Assembly (NCBI GenBank): GCA_963665115.1
Contig: OY762007.1
Span: 3,840,001-3,904,000 of the forward strand
Source of the DNA: an uncultured Rivularia sp.
GTDB taxonomy: Bacteria; Cyanobacteriota; Cyanobacteriia; Cyanobacteriales; Nostocaceae
Direction of reading: 5' to 3'
Length of the DNA stretch: 64,000 nt
The notes beneath the pieces were generated by a model. The model was not told the origin of the DNA. It saw only the letters and a list, made by a program, of their open reading frames with translations, and did not search any database. The translations under genes were made by a program, and so were the position numbers. Shown in pieces: positions 9,959-19,851 of the stretch. Position 1 is the stretch's first letter. The number at the start of each line of letters is the position of its first letter.

Positions 9959-10225
9959 ATGACTGCCAAAGTTGAAATTTATACGAGTCAGGCTTGCTCG
10001 TATTGCCGTCAAGCCAAGGCTTTACTAAAGAAAAAAGGTGTTGAGTTTATTGAATATAGCGTTGATGGAGATAAGATAGCACGGGCTGCTATGGCAGAGC
10101 GAGCTAACGGTAGGTATTCCTTACCTCAAATTTTTGTCAACGATCGCCCTTTTGGTGGTTGTGATGATTTGTATGAAATGGACGATTTAGGTAGGCTTGA
10201 AAAATTTCTACAAATAGATTCTTAG
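9959..10225 (+). CDS. grxC: Glutaredoxin 3
   Basis: CSYC active site, SLPQIF and GGCDDLY. Confidence 0.92.
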   Translation: MTAKVEIYTSQACSYCRQAKALLKKKGVEFIEYSVDGDKIARAAMAERANGRYSLPQIFVNDRPFGGCDDLYEMDDLGRLEKFLQIDS

Positions 10226-10257
10226 CATTAAAATTGTCAATTTAATTCGTTGTTTTT

Positions 10258-10399
10258 GCACCGTGAAGCCAACCTACAAACTGATAATTTTCCACACATG
10301 ATGGTGCGTTACGGCATATTCAAACGTATAACCTATTAATTGAATAACCTCGTACCGTAACACATCCTACAAACAGACGTAGCACTGCTACGTCTCTAC
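10258..10399. repeat. Cluster of GTAG/CTAC REP-like hairpin repeats
   Basis: GCCAACCTAC; GGTGCGTTACGG...CCGTAACACATCCTAC; AGACGTAGCACTGCTACGTCTCTAC. Relatives occur at 9107, 14117, 14259 and 55968-56173. Confidence 0.7.
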
Positions 10400-10402
10400 A
10401 AG

Positions 10403-12115
10403 TTAATAATGCGTTCCCGTTTTCCGATAATGTACTGCGCTTACACCTTCGTTATTAAATACTTTGCCGTTATCGACGGTGGCATAAACTAACCAGTGGT
10501 CGCCACATTCCATGCGTGAATTTACTGAGCATTCAACATATGCTAAGGCATCAGTAAGGGCGGGAGAGCCATTCTCTGCTTCTTCCGTCTCAACTCCTGC
10601 AAATCTATCTTCACCAGGACTAAAGGGTTTGAGAAAATGTTTCATCATCCCTAAATGACCGCCTTCTTTCAATACATTCAACACAAATCCGCTACCCGAA
10701 TGCATCAAGGATTCTAAGGCTCTATCTTTAGCTACGGCGATAGTTAAACCGGGTGGGTTGAAGCTGGCTTGAGATACCCAGGAAGCTAACATGGCGCTGG
10801 AAACATCACCTCGTTTCGCTGTCACCACACATAAAGAACCGATGATTCTTCCTACAGCTTGTTCTACGCTGGTAGAAGGTTGAGAAGGTGCTTTCACTTT
10901 CTTGGCTTTTTTCAATGCTTGAGCAAAATCAACTCCAGCTTCTTCGCACATTTGCAAAGTCTTTTCATCGGGTTTGAATTTAACGCGAATTGGATCGAAG
11001 CCGAAACGGAATCCAGCATCTTTGAGTTTGCTTTCAAGAATATCTACAGCTTCTCCACTCCAACCAAAGGAACCAAATACACCAGCAGGTTTACTTTTGG
11101 CTGCTGTAGAAAGGATAATACCCAAAGCTGTTTGAATTTGGGTTGGTGCGTGCCCTCCCAGAGTCGGGGAGCCAATTACAAAACCAGATGCTTTTTCTAC
11201 TGCTGCTTTAATTTCTTCTGGTTCAACAGCTTCGCAATTAATCGATTCTACTGCCACTCCAGCTTTAGTTATGCCTCGTGCGATCGCCTGGGCTAAAGTT
11301 GCGGTATTCCCGTAGGCGGAAGCATAAATTAATGCAACGTTAGTATCTTGTTTTGTTTGCTGTTTGCTCCATTCGTGGTAAGCATCTGTTAAATCAATTA
11401 AACCTTCGCGCACCAAAGGACCGTGATTTGGAGCGTACAGCCGCACTGCAAAGTCATCAATTTTTTCTAAAGCAGTTTCCACCTGACGGGCGTGGGGTGC
11501 CATCAAGCAGTCATAATAATAACGTCTATCTTCAACAAATATTTTCCAACCTTCATCAAAAACTTGGTCGCCACAGATATGTGCGCCAAATAATTTATCG
11601 GTGTAGAGAATTTCCGTTTGGGGGTCGTAAGTGCAAAGATGATCGGGATAGCGTGGATTAGGTGTGGGAATAAATTCTAAATTATGCCCTTTTCCTAAAT
11701 CGAGGGTTTCTTCACCCTTCATCACCATAATCGGTAAATCTTCGTTTTCCAAAGCTTTGCGTAAATTGATTGCACCGGGATTAGAACAAACAAATTTTAT
11801 TTGAGGAGCAATTTCCAATAAAGCCTTTAAAGTTGCCGCACGGTTGGGGTTTACATGACCAATAATTATGTAATCAACCGTCTTAAGATCGTATCTTTGC
11901 TGCAACGCATCTAAATATTTTTCTGTAAAAGTTTCCCCAGGAGGATCGATAAGTGCAATTTTATCGGCTTGAATTAAATAAGAATTAGCAGTAGTACCTT
12001 TACTTAAAGCGTACTCGATCTCAAACCGTAACTGCGTCCAACTGCGGGAACGGATGATAGTTGTATCTGTAGCAATCGGGAGAATTTGAACGTCGCGGGG
12101 TTTTGTTGAATTCAT
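10403..12115 (-). CDS. flv1: Flavodiiron protein, Flv1 type
   Basis: Beta-lactamase-like, flavodoxin and flavin-reductase domains, with non-canonical ligands (GHVNPNRA, TDKLFG). ATG at 12115 is preferred over the TTG inside the STRR. Confidence 0.9.
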   Translation of the reverse strand: MNSTKPRDVQILPIATDTTIIRSRSWTQLRFEIEYALSKGTTANSYLIQADKIALIDPPGETFTEKYLDALQQRYDLKTVDYIIIGHVNPNRAATLKALLEIAPQIKFVCSNPGAINLRKALENEDLPIMVMKGEETLDLGKGHNLEFIPTPNPRYPDHLCTYDPQTEILYTDKLFGAHICGDQVFDEGWKIFVEDRRYYYDCLMAPHARQVETALEKIDDFAVRLYAPNHGPLVREGLIDLTDAYHEWSKQQTKQDTNVALIYASAYGNTATLAQAIARGITKAGVAVESINCEAVEPEEIKAAVEKASGFVIGSPTLGGHAPTQIQTALGIILSTAAKSKPAGVFGSFGWSGEAVDILESKLKDAGFRFGFDPIRVKFKPDEKTLQMCEEAGVDFAQALKKAKKVKAPSQPSTSVEQAVGRIIGSLCVVTAKRGDVSSAMLASWVSQASFNPPGLTIAVAKDRALESLMHSGSGFVLNVLKEGGHLGMMKHFLKPFSPGEDRFAGVETEEAENGSPALTDALAYVECSVNSRMECGDHWLVYATVDNGKVFNNEGVSAVHYRKTGTHY

Positions 12116-12119
12116 GGCT

Positions 12120-12240
12120 GAGAGGGGGAAGAGGGGCAAGAGGGGGTAGAGGGGGAAGAGGGGGGAGAGGGGGAAGATGATGATTAATTCCTAACTCCTA
12201 ACTCCCCACTGCTCACTGATAACTGTTCACTGTTAACTGA
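12120..12240. repeat. STRR tract (GAGGGGGAA / CTAACTC / CACTGTT units)
   Basis: Tandem 7-9-mers visible in the sequence. Confidence 0.8.
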
Positions 12241-13962
12241 CTAATAATGGTTTCCAACTTTTCTGTGATGCACGGCGGTTAAGGCATCGGGTTTGCTGAC
12301 TTTACCTGCGTACACTGTGCTGTATACAATCCAATGATCTCCAGCGTCCATTCTGCTGGCAACTTCACACTCTACATATGACAATGCATCAGTTAATATT
12401 GGCGCACCGTTTTCGGCTGGTTGGGTTTTCACTCCTTCAAAGCGATCTGCACCAGGGCGGAATCGCTTAAGAAAGTGTTTCATCAACTTTTGATAATTGC
12501 CTTCTTCGAGAGTATTTAAAACGAATTTATCGCCAACCTGCATCAAGGATTCAATTGCTCTATCTTTTGCGACTGCAATTGTTAATCCCAAAGGTTTAAA
12601 ACTAGCTTGATTTACCCAGGATGCTAACATCGCACTTTTCACGTCACCTTGTTGAGCGGTAATAATATACAATCCACCACTCAATCTTCCCAAAGCTTTA
12701 TCCAAGTCAGCATCAAGAGACTTCATGTTTTTGATGCTTTTAGCGCGGTTTAATAATTGCCCTAAGTCAGTTCCCGCTTCTTCGCACTGTTTATAAGTAT
12801 TCTCGGTGGGAGTTTCTTTAATTTTGATTGCACCGAAGGCTGGTTTTAAACCCAATTCGCGGAATTTAGTCAAAACTGGATCGATTGGTTCATCATCACC
12901 ACCACCAGTTTCAAATAATCCTACTGCTTGCTTGTCATGTACCGAACCTAAAATAGTACTGAAAGCAGTTTGCAACTTTTGATCGGATGCTGGTGGCATT
13001 CCTAATATTATTCCAGTAAACCGGCTTGCTTGCTCTCTTAATTCCTGTAAGTCAATTTCTTCGCTTAAATCAACCATTTCTACAGCGACTTCGGTTTTGG
13101 AAACACCGCTAGCAACTGCTTGAGCAAGTTTATTACTATCACCGTATTTGGAAACGTAGAAAATACCAACGATTTTCTCAGCCTTGGCTTTGTTTTTACT
13201 CCAATTGCGATATCTTCCGATTAACTCATCTACATTATGAGATAAAAGTGGGCCATGTCCGGTTGCTACCATGCCCACGGTTTCCAATTCACCCATGCGT
13301 TTGAGAGCAGACATTACAGAGCGGGCATTTGGAGCCATCAAACATTCGTAATAATATTTGTATTCGGCACTAATGGCGTTTAAATCTTCGTCAAAAGTGG
13401 CATCCGAACAATAATGCATCCCAAAAGCATCGCAGGTGAAAAGTATTTGGGTTTTGTGGTCGTATGTGAAAATGGTATCGGGCCAGTGTAGGTTAGGAGC
13501 AATAACAAATTCAAGCTCGTGCCCGTTTCCTAAATCAAGGCGATCGCTGTTCTTTACAACTTGATTTTTAAAAGGTTGGTGTACCAGATTTTCCAAAAAC
13601 TGAATCGCAACTTTGGAACCAACAACAGTAACTTCCGGCGCTAACTGTAAAAAATCTTTAACCAAACCGCTGTGATCGGGTTCGGTATGACTGATAATTA
13701 AATAATCGATTTCCGCTGGATTGACAAGTCCGTTAAGTGTGTCTAAGTAGAGCTTGCGGAACTTTTCGTGAGAAGTATCAACTAAAGCAGTCTTTTCGCC
13801 GCGAATGATAAACGAGTTATAGGTGGTGCCATTTTCCAAACCAAACTCGATATCAAATCTATCTCGATCCCAATCCAGAGAGCGAATTGCTGTTGTATCT
13901 TCAGCAATCTCAGCAGTCTGCATGGTGAGTTTTTTCGCTACTTTATCGGTAACTGCTACCAT
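12241..13962 (-). CDS. flv3: Flavodiiron protein, Flv3 type
   Basis: Canonical SHTEPDH, HWPD, CDAFG and GHG diiron ligands, plus a C-terminal flavin reductase. Confidence 0.92.
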   Translation of the reverse strand: MVAVTDKVAKKLTMQTAEIAEDTTAIRSLDWDRDRFDIEFGLENGTTYNSFIIRGEKTALVDTSHEKFRKLYLDTLNGLVNPAEIDYLIISHTEPDHSGLVKDFLQLAPEVTVVGSKVAIQFLENLVHQPFKNQVVKNSDRLDLGNGHELEFVIAPNLHWPDTIFTYDHKTQILFTCDAFGMHYCSDATFDEDLNAISAEYKYYYECLMAPNARSVMSALKRMGELETVGMVATGHGPLLSHNVDELIGRYRNWSKNKAKAEKIVGIFYVSKYGDSNKLAQAVASGVSKTEVAVEMVDLSEEIDLQELREQASRFTGIILGMPPASDQKLQTAFSTILGSVHDKQAVGLFETGGGDDEPIDPVLTKFRELGLKPAFGAIKIKETPTENTYKQCEEAGTDLGQLLNRAKSIKNMKSLDADLDKALGRLSGGLYIITAQQGDVKSAMLASWVNQASFKPLGLTIAVAKDRAIESLMQVGDKFVLNTLEEGNYQKLMKHFLKRFRPGADRFEGVKTQPAENGAPILTDALSYVECEVASRMDAGDHWIVYSTVYAGKVSKPDALTAVHHRKVGNHY

Positions 13963-14314
13963 AACTCGTCTCCTTAATAGATTTTTAATAATTGAGTATT
14001 TATGCCTCAGCTTCTATTGTGACACGAGTTAATTGTAAATTTTTATCAATATATCTATGGGTAGAGTTTGGATTTAGGGATTGGGAATAGGGGATGGGGC
14101 ATAGGGCATTGGTTTTGTAGGGTGTGTTAGACGCACGACTATATAAGGCTTCAAATGATAAATATTGTTATTCGTCTAACGCACCATCTGAAATTACTGT
14201 GAAAACAGAATAATTAATGAAATTTATTTCGCAGGGTTTGTTTTCTCGCAAATTTCGGGAGACGTAAAATTTTACGTCTCTACATTCCATGAAAACTAAT
14301 GGGACAAACCACTA

Positions 14315-14677
14315 CTAATATGGAAATAATGGTTCTATATCGTACTTTATTGATAAATCTTTAAAAGTCTTCCTGACTCTATCTACAACAACAGCTTCAT
14401 CTTCCAAAATTAGAGTTTTATCTTCTTGAATCATTTTTCTTGCTTGTAAAAAATTGATATTTGCTGCTTCAGCTAAAGCTTTGATGTGCTGTTTATTTTG
14501 AGAATCGGCTGAAAGCAAATAAATTTTGTATTTAGTTTTATCCTGCCTAATTTCTGGAATATAGGTCGTGACAATAACCCATTTATCGCATTGATTGCAG
14601 AATAAACCTTGAGTACTACCTTTAATTCTATGTTCGAGATTAGTTGCACAATGTTGGCATTTATTAATTTCAATCAT
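14315..14677 (-). CDS. Hypothetical protein with an N-terminal zinc ribbon
   Basis: CQHC...CNQC, followed by an alpha/beta domain ending in PLFPY. Confidence 0.7.
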   Translation of the reverse strand: MIEINKCQHCATNLEHRIKGSTQGLFCNQCDKWVIVTTYIPEIRQDKTKYKIYLLSADSQNKQHIKALAEAANINFLQARKMIQEDKTLILEDEAVVVDRVRKTFKDLSIKYDIEPLFPY

Positions 14678-14694
14678 TATTTTTTTAAAAGAAT

Positions 14695-14748
14695 AAAAAC
14701 CTTACTAGACACGGAGAGCGCAGAGGGAAGAGGTTATAGAGAGATAGT
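14695..14748 (+). repeat. 54-bp imperfect direct repeat, left of the HEAT pair
   Basis: AAAAACCTTACTAGAC...GAAGAGGTTATAGAGAGATAGT, with a second copy at 18861..18914. Confidence 0.85.
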
Positions 14749-14754
14749 AATTAA

Positions 14755-16740
14755 TTAGATAAATTCGGGATTATAAAGTTGATGTCGTTGTTGAATTTCT
14801 TCAATTGCATCACAAAATATAGCTTTATCTCTAGCTTTGATTTGAATGTTCCACAACTGCGGAACAATTTTCAAACTTCCAAACCTGAACAATGTCAAAG
14901 TAGCGAAACTATCCAAACAGGTATCCGTTGGTAAAGGTTCTAAAATCGCCTCTATTGCACAATCGCTACCAATTTTTCCCAGAGCTTCAACGATTGTGTC
15001 TAAAACTGGGTCAAAAGCACAACCACCGCTAGGGTTTAATAAAGCTTGCCGCAACGCGACTACAGATTTTTCTCCACCTATCACACCTAAAGCATAAGCA
15101 GCTTTATCGCAAACTATATAATCTTCGTCTTTCAATAAAACATCAATTATTGCAACTTCGGCTGATTCACCACCGATATTCTGTAAAGCACGAATTGCAT
15201 TTACCCTAGCACTAGGGTTTTTTTCATCTTTGAGAATTTCGATGATTGTTGGAATAACTATCGAATTTCGAGTTTCTCCCAATCCAAGAATCAAAATTTT
15301 CCTAGCACTAGAGTTTTGTTCATCAGCAAGCATTTTCGTTAAATGGGGAATTACAGATTCGTCACCAAGTTTTGCTAAAGCACGAGCAGCGTTTACTCTA
15401 GCACTAGGGTTTTCGTCTTGTAATAGTGGAAATAGTTTCTTAGCAGCATCTTGATATCCGATAATTCCTAATAACCTTGCTGCACAAGCTCTTACTTCTG
15501 GATTATGATGCTGTAATGCTTTAATTAATTGAGGTGCAATTGATTCATCGGCAATTCTTTCCAAAACTAAAACTACTCTCCGACGTACTTCCTCATCTTC
15601 GTCACAGAGAGTTTTCGAGATTGCGATCGCGATATGGTTAATTTCGTTTTCTGTAAATTTATTGACGGTTTCTTCTACTTCATCCGATGGTGAAATAATT
15701 TGTCCTACTGCAAAAACAGCTTCCTCTCTAACTCGAACATCTTCATCCTGCAACAGTGGAAGTAAAGCTGATAAAGTATGCTGGTCGCGGATATTTTTCA
15801 ATCCATAAACAGCAGCTTGACGTACATTAGCGTGATCATGGTTTAAAAATGAAAACAAAATACTAATTCCTCTTTCATTTCCAATTTCAACCAACCCAGC
15901 AGCACAGCTTTTACTAATCCATTCATCTTCATCAAGTAAAAAATGAATTAACGCTTCTACCGCGACTTCTCCACCAATTTTTCCCAAAGCACGAGCAGCA
16001 TCTTGAGCAATCAATTTTTTTTCATCAGCTAAAGCAGTAATTAAGACTTCTAAACCTAAATCCGAAGCAATTTCTGCTAAACCATAAATTGCTGTGCTGC
16101 AAATTTCTTCATCTTCATCCTTTGATGCTTCAATTAATGCAGTTATAGCAACTTCACTATGAATATTTCTCAAAGCTATGACAGCATTTTCTCGAACAGA
16201 TTTACGCTCATCTGATAAAGCTGTAATTAACAACTTTGTCGCCGATTCTCCACCAAATCTTCCTAGAACATCAGCCGTTTGTGTACTTAAACTTTCATAA
16301 TGGTAAGCTTGATGAAATAATTCCTCTTCTGGAGCTTCTTCAATTTCACCTTTAAAATATAAATCTATCTCAAGTCTCGCACGAATCAATTCTTTTTCCT
16401 GGTTTAACATTCTTGTTAAAAAAGGAATCGCAAATTCAGACTTTGTTCTACCTAATAACTCAACTTTCAAATTATTCAGTATTTGTAAATTCTCAATCCA
16501 ACCCACAGTTTCTTTTTCTAATTTTTGTTTAACTTTACCAGCTAAAAAAGCACCCAATATTAAATCAATATCTAAAGCCAACTCTACTACCCGTAAAGCT
16601 TCTGAATCATCAATTAGTGGTAATATTGAAGCGATAGATTCCGTCCACTCAAGATGATTGAGATAATCTCTTTGAAATTGCTCATCACTTAATTGTGAAA
16701 TTTGAGAAATAAGAGATTGATTATTTTTATTTGACTGCAT
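14755..16740 (-). CDS. HEAT-repeat (PBS-lyase-like) protein
   Basis: Many VRxxAxxALG repeats. Paralogue of 16756..18735. Confidence 0.9.
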   Translation of the reverse strand: MQSNKNNQSLISQISQLSDEQFQRDYLNHLEWTESIASILPLIDDSEALRVVELALDIDLILGAFLAGKVKQKLEKETVGWIENLQILNNLKVELLGRTKSEFAIPFLTRMLNQEKELIRARLEIDLYFKGEIEEAPEEELFHQAYHYESLSTQTADVLGRFGGESATKLLITALSDERKSVRENAVIALRNIHSEVAITALIEASKDEDEEICSTAIYGLAEIASDLGLEVLITALADEKKLIAQDAARALGKIGGEVAVEALIHFLLDEDEWISKSCAAGLVEIGNERGISILFSFLNHDHANVRQAAVYGLKNIRDQHTLSALLPLLQDEDVRVREEAVFAVGQIISPSDEVEETVNKFTENEINHIAIAISKTLCDEDEEVRRRVVLVLERIADESIAPQLIKALQHHNPEVRACAARLLGIIGYQDAAKKLFPLLQDENPSARVNAARALAKLGDESVIPHLTKMLADEQNSSARKILILGLGETRNSIVIPTIIEILKDEKNPSARVNAIRALQNIGGESAEVAIIDVLLKDEDYIVCDKAAYALGVIGGEKSVVALRQALLNPSGGCAFDPVLDTIVEALGKIGSDCAIEAILEPLPTDTCLDSFATLTLFRFGSLKIVPQLWNIQIKARDKAIFCDAIEEIQQRHQLYNPEFI

Positions 16741-16755
16741 TTTTTAAGAGAATAA

Positions 16756-18735
16756 TTAACAAAACTCTGGATTATAAAGTTGATGTTGCTGTTGGATTTT
16801 TTCGATAGCAGAATACAAGTTATTCGTAGCAGAAGCAATTTCAATATATCTAGCAGTTAATAATGCTTTCCACAGAAGAGGAATATGTTCTAGTTTTCCA
16901 TCTTCCATCAATATTTCTGCAGCTACTTTATCAACAAGATAATTATTATGAGGTAATGATATTAAAATTGCTTCTATTGCTTGCTCGCTACCATTTTTTT
17001 CTAAAGCTAAAATAGCCATTTGTCTAACGTTAAAATTTTTATCTTCTAATAGCTTAATTAGTACAGGAAGCGTAGAATTATCTGGAATCAAACTTAATGC
17101 ATAAGCTGCTGCTGCACGTACTCGATGATTTTCATCTTCTAAAGTTTTAATTAAAGCCGGAATAGTTGAATTATCTCCGATTTCTGCCAATAAATAAGCT
17201 GCTCTCTCCCGTACTTGATAATTTTTATCCTGTAATGCTTCAAGCAAAGTTGGAACTACAGATTTGTTTCCTATTTTTCCTAATACGATAGCTGCACTAA
17301 AGCGTACCTCTGGATGTTCGTCTTGTAATATCTTCAATAAAATAGGAATAATAGATTTGTCATTAATTCTTCCTAGATAAAAAGTTGCTAACTGACGTAT
17401 ATTATGATTTTCATATTGTAAAGCTGTAATCAAATCTTCTTTGGTCTTTTCGATATTTTCAGCTTTAGATATTTGAATTTCTATGGCTTTATTCGCTGCA
17501 CTACGGATATGATAGTTACAATCTTGAGACTTAATAAGCAAAGTAATTAAATCGGATTCATCAATAATTTCTTCAACATCTATTTTTGCTTCCCAATATA
17601 ATTCCTTATACTCATCCCTCAATGCTTCAAACTCTGATGATTCCATTCCGTTTTTAGGTACTGTTAACTCTTTAGCTGCTGTTCTACGAACTTTTGGATT
17701 TTCATCATTCAACAGATTAACGAACAAAGGTAAATTGGAAACCCTATCCGATTTTTTTACAATTGCTCCTAAAAATAAAGCAGCTTTTCTGCGGACTTCA
17801 GCATCATCAGATTGGGAAGCTAAGAATATGAATTGAATTCCTTTATTTTTGTCAATCTTCAATAAATTATCAAAGACATTTTTACTCATAAAATCTTCTT
17901 TATCTAAAAAAGCATGAATTATTAACTCTTCTGCTAACTCTCCACCAATTATTCTTAAAGCTTTAACAGTTTGAATTCTAACACTACGGTCTTCATCATC
18001 AATAAAATTAATTATTCTATTCAGTATAGACTTTCCACCAATCCGTCCTAAAATAGCAACAGCAATTCCACGAACAGCAGGAAATTCATCGTCTAAAGCT
18101 TCAATCATAATTTCCAACAATGAATCATCAGCAATTTTTCCTAAAGTTAAAATAGCTTTATAACGAATATGTATATCTTCATCTTTCAACAACTTTATAA
18201 GTATGGTGATTTCTGATTTATCAATATACTCTCCAAATACTACGATTGAAATCTTACGAACCCAATGATGTTCATCTTGTAATAATTTCAGCAGCATTCT
18301 TGTATATAATTCTGCATCAACAATTTCTAACTCTTCTATTGCTTGCGAAACAAGGTTTTCGTATAAATAAAATGAATGTGTTGTCTCAGGAATATTTTTG
18401 ATAAAATCTTCTAAAAAATAAACTGCTACTTTTGATTTCGTCTTCGTCAACAACTTTAATTTCAATTCGTCAGAAATTTCTAACTCACCAACCCAACGCA
18501 CAGTCTCTTCCTGCAACTCCGACTTAACTTTACCAGCCAAAAAAGCACCCAACATCAAATCAACATCCAAAGCTAAACATACCACCCGCAAAGCTTCTAA
18601 ATCATCAATTAACGGCAACATTGAAGCGATAGGTTGCGTCCATTCCAGATGATTGAGATAATTTCTTTTAAGCTGCTCATCACTTAATTGGGAAAGCTGG
18701 GAAATCAAAGATTGATAATTTTTTTCTAATTGCAT
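16756..18735 (-). CDS. HEAT-repeat (PBS-lyase-like) protein
   Basis: Many LxDxxxxVRxxAAxxLGxIG repeats. Shares N- and C-terminal blocks with its neighbour. Confidence 0.9.
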   Translation of the reverse strand: MQLEKNYQSLISQLSQLSDEQLKRNYLNHLEWTQPIASMLPLIDDLEALRVVCLALDVDLMLGAFLAGKVKSELQEETVRWVGELEISDELKLKLLTKTKSKVAVYFLEDFIKNIPETTHSFYLYENLVSQAIEELEIVDAELYTRMLLKLLQDEHHWVRKISIVVFGEYIDKSEITILIKLLKDEDIHIRYKAILTLGKIADDSLLEIMIEALDDEFPAVRGIAVAILGRIGGKSILNRIINFIDDEDRSVRIQTVKALRIIGGELAEELIIHAFLDKEDFMSKNVFDNLLKIDKNKGIQFIFLASQSDDAEVRRKAALFLGAIVKKSDRVSNLPLFVNLLNDENPKVRRTAAKELTVPKNGMESSEFEALRDEYKELYWEAKIDVEEIIDESDLITLLIKSQDCNYHIRSAANKAIEIQISKAENIEKTKEDLITALQYENHNIRQLATFYLGRINDKSIIPILLKILQDEHPEVRFSAAIVLGKIGNKSVVPTLLEALQDKNYQVRERAAYLLAEIGDNSTIPALIKTLEDENHRVRAAAAYALSLIPDNSTLPVLIKLLEDKNFNVRQMAILALEKNGSEQAIEAILISLPHNNYLVDKVAAEILMEDGKLEHIPLLWKALLTARYIEIASATNNLYSAIEKIQQQHQLYNPEFC

Positions 18736-18860
18736 TTAAATAACGACATTAATATTGTCGCCACAAACCATAATATTATTATCTAATAACTAAACTGAGT
18801 GCGCCTACCTTTTCTTGGAAAAAGCTTCAGTTATTTGCAAAACTCTAATTACTGATTAAA

Positions 18861-18914
18861 AAAAACCTTACTAGACGCAGAGGGCACAGAGTGAAGAGGT
18901 TGTAGAGAGATAGT
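18861..18914 (+). repeat. 54-bp imperfect direct repeat, right of the HEAT pair
   Basis: AAAAACCTTACTAGACGCAGAGGGCACAGAGTGAAGAGGTTGTAGAGAGATAGT. Confidence 0.85.
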
Positions 18915-19669
18915 TGTTAATTCAAAAGTTTAAAAAAGTGTTATCTAATCCCCCAAAAACCTGGCTAGCATTAATAATCGGTAACTCACGCTTACACTGG
19001 GGCTTATTCACCGGAGAAAACCTCACAAAAGCTTGGGACACCAATTATTTATCTACCCCCTCTCCCCCTCTCCCCCTCTCCCCCTCTCCTCTCTTCATAG
19101 CTTCCGTAGTTCCTTCTCAAACAAAACTTTGGCAAAATTACCCAAATGCAAAATTTATCACCTTAAACGAAATCCCTCTCAACAACTTATATCCCACATT
19201 AGGAATCGATCGCGCCTTATCTTTACTTGGTGCTGGTGAAACTTGGGGTTTTCCCATGCTAGTAATTGATGCGGGAACTGCACTTACTTTTACAGGTGCC
19301 GATAATCACCGTAATTTAATTGGTGGCGCAATATTACCGGGATTGAGTTTACAATTTTCAACTCTTACCAATAAAACCGGGCAGTTACCAAACGTCGAAT
19401 TACCGCAACTGCTTCCAAAAAGATATGCAATCAATACTTCAGAAGCAATTCAAAGCGGAATTATTTACACGATACTCGCAGGAATCAAAGATTTTATTGC
19501 AGCATGGTTACAAGATTTTCCTGAAAGTAAAATTGCTATTACTGGCGGAGATAGAAATTTATTATTTAATCATCTAAAATCACAATATCCAAAAATATCA
19601 CAACGGATAATTGTAGAAAAAAATTTAGTTTTATGGGGAATACAAAAAACAGTCTCCCCATACATTTGA
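18914..19669 (+). CDS. coaX: Type III pantothenate kinase
   Basis: [30 protein letters not shown] and ITGGD. The true start may be the GTG at 18938. Confidence 0.92.
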   Translation: MLIQKFKKVLSNPPKTWLALIIGNSRLHWGLFTGENLTKAWDTNYLSTPSPPLPLSPSPLFIASVVPSQTKLWQNYPNAKFITLNEIPLNNLYPTLGIDRALSLLGAGETWGFPMLVIDAGTALTFTGADNHRNLIGGAILPGLSLQFSTLTNKTGQLPNVELPQLLPKRYAINTSEAIQSGIIYTILAGIKDFIAAWLQDFPESKIAITGGDRNLLFNHLKSQYPKISQRIIVEKNLVLWGIQKTVSPYI

Positions 19670-19671
19670 GA

Positions 19672-19787
19672 TATAGCGTTTCTCAATCTGGTGAAGCACA
19701 GCTTTCTTTATCTCCCCTCTCCTTAATAAGGAGAGGGGTTAGGGGTGAGGTTTTGATATGTACCTTGATAGACCGGGAAGCGCTATA
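19672..19787. mobile_element. TATAGCG...CGCTATA-bounded miniature element containing a CCCCTCTCCTT-AAT-AAGGAGAGGGG hairpin
   Basis: Inverted ends are visible. The inner hairpin belongs to the same family as the host element at 59309..59548. Confidence 0.6.
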
Positions 19788-19851
19788 AATATAGCAAAGT
19801 AATTTATTTTAATTTGTAGTGGGAGTATCTTGCTCGCTATATATCAATTAA

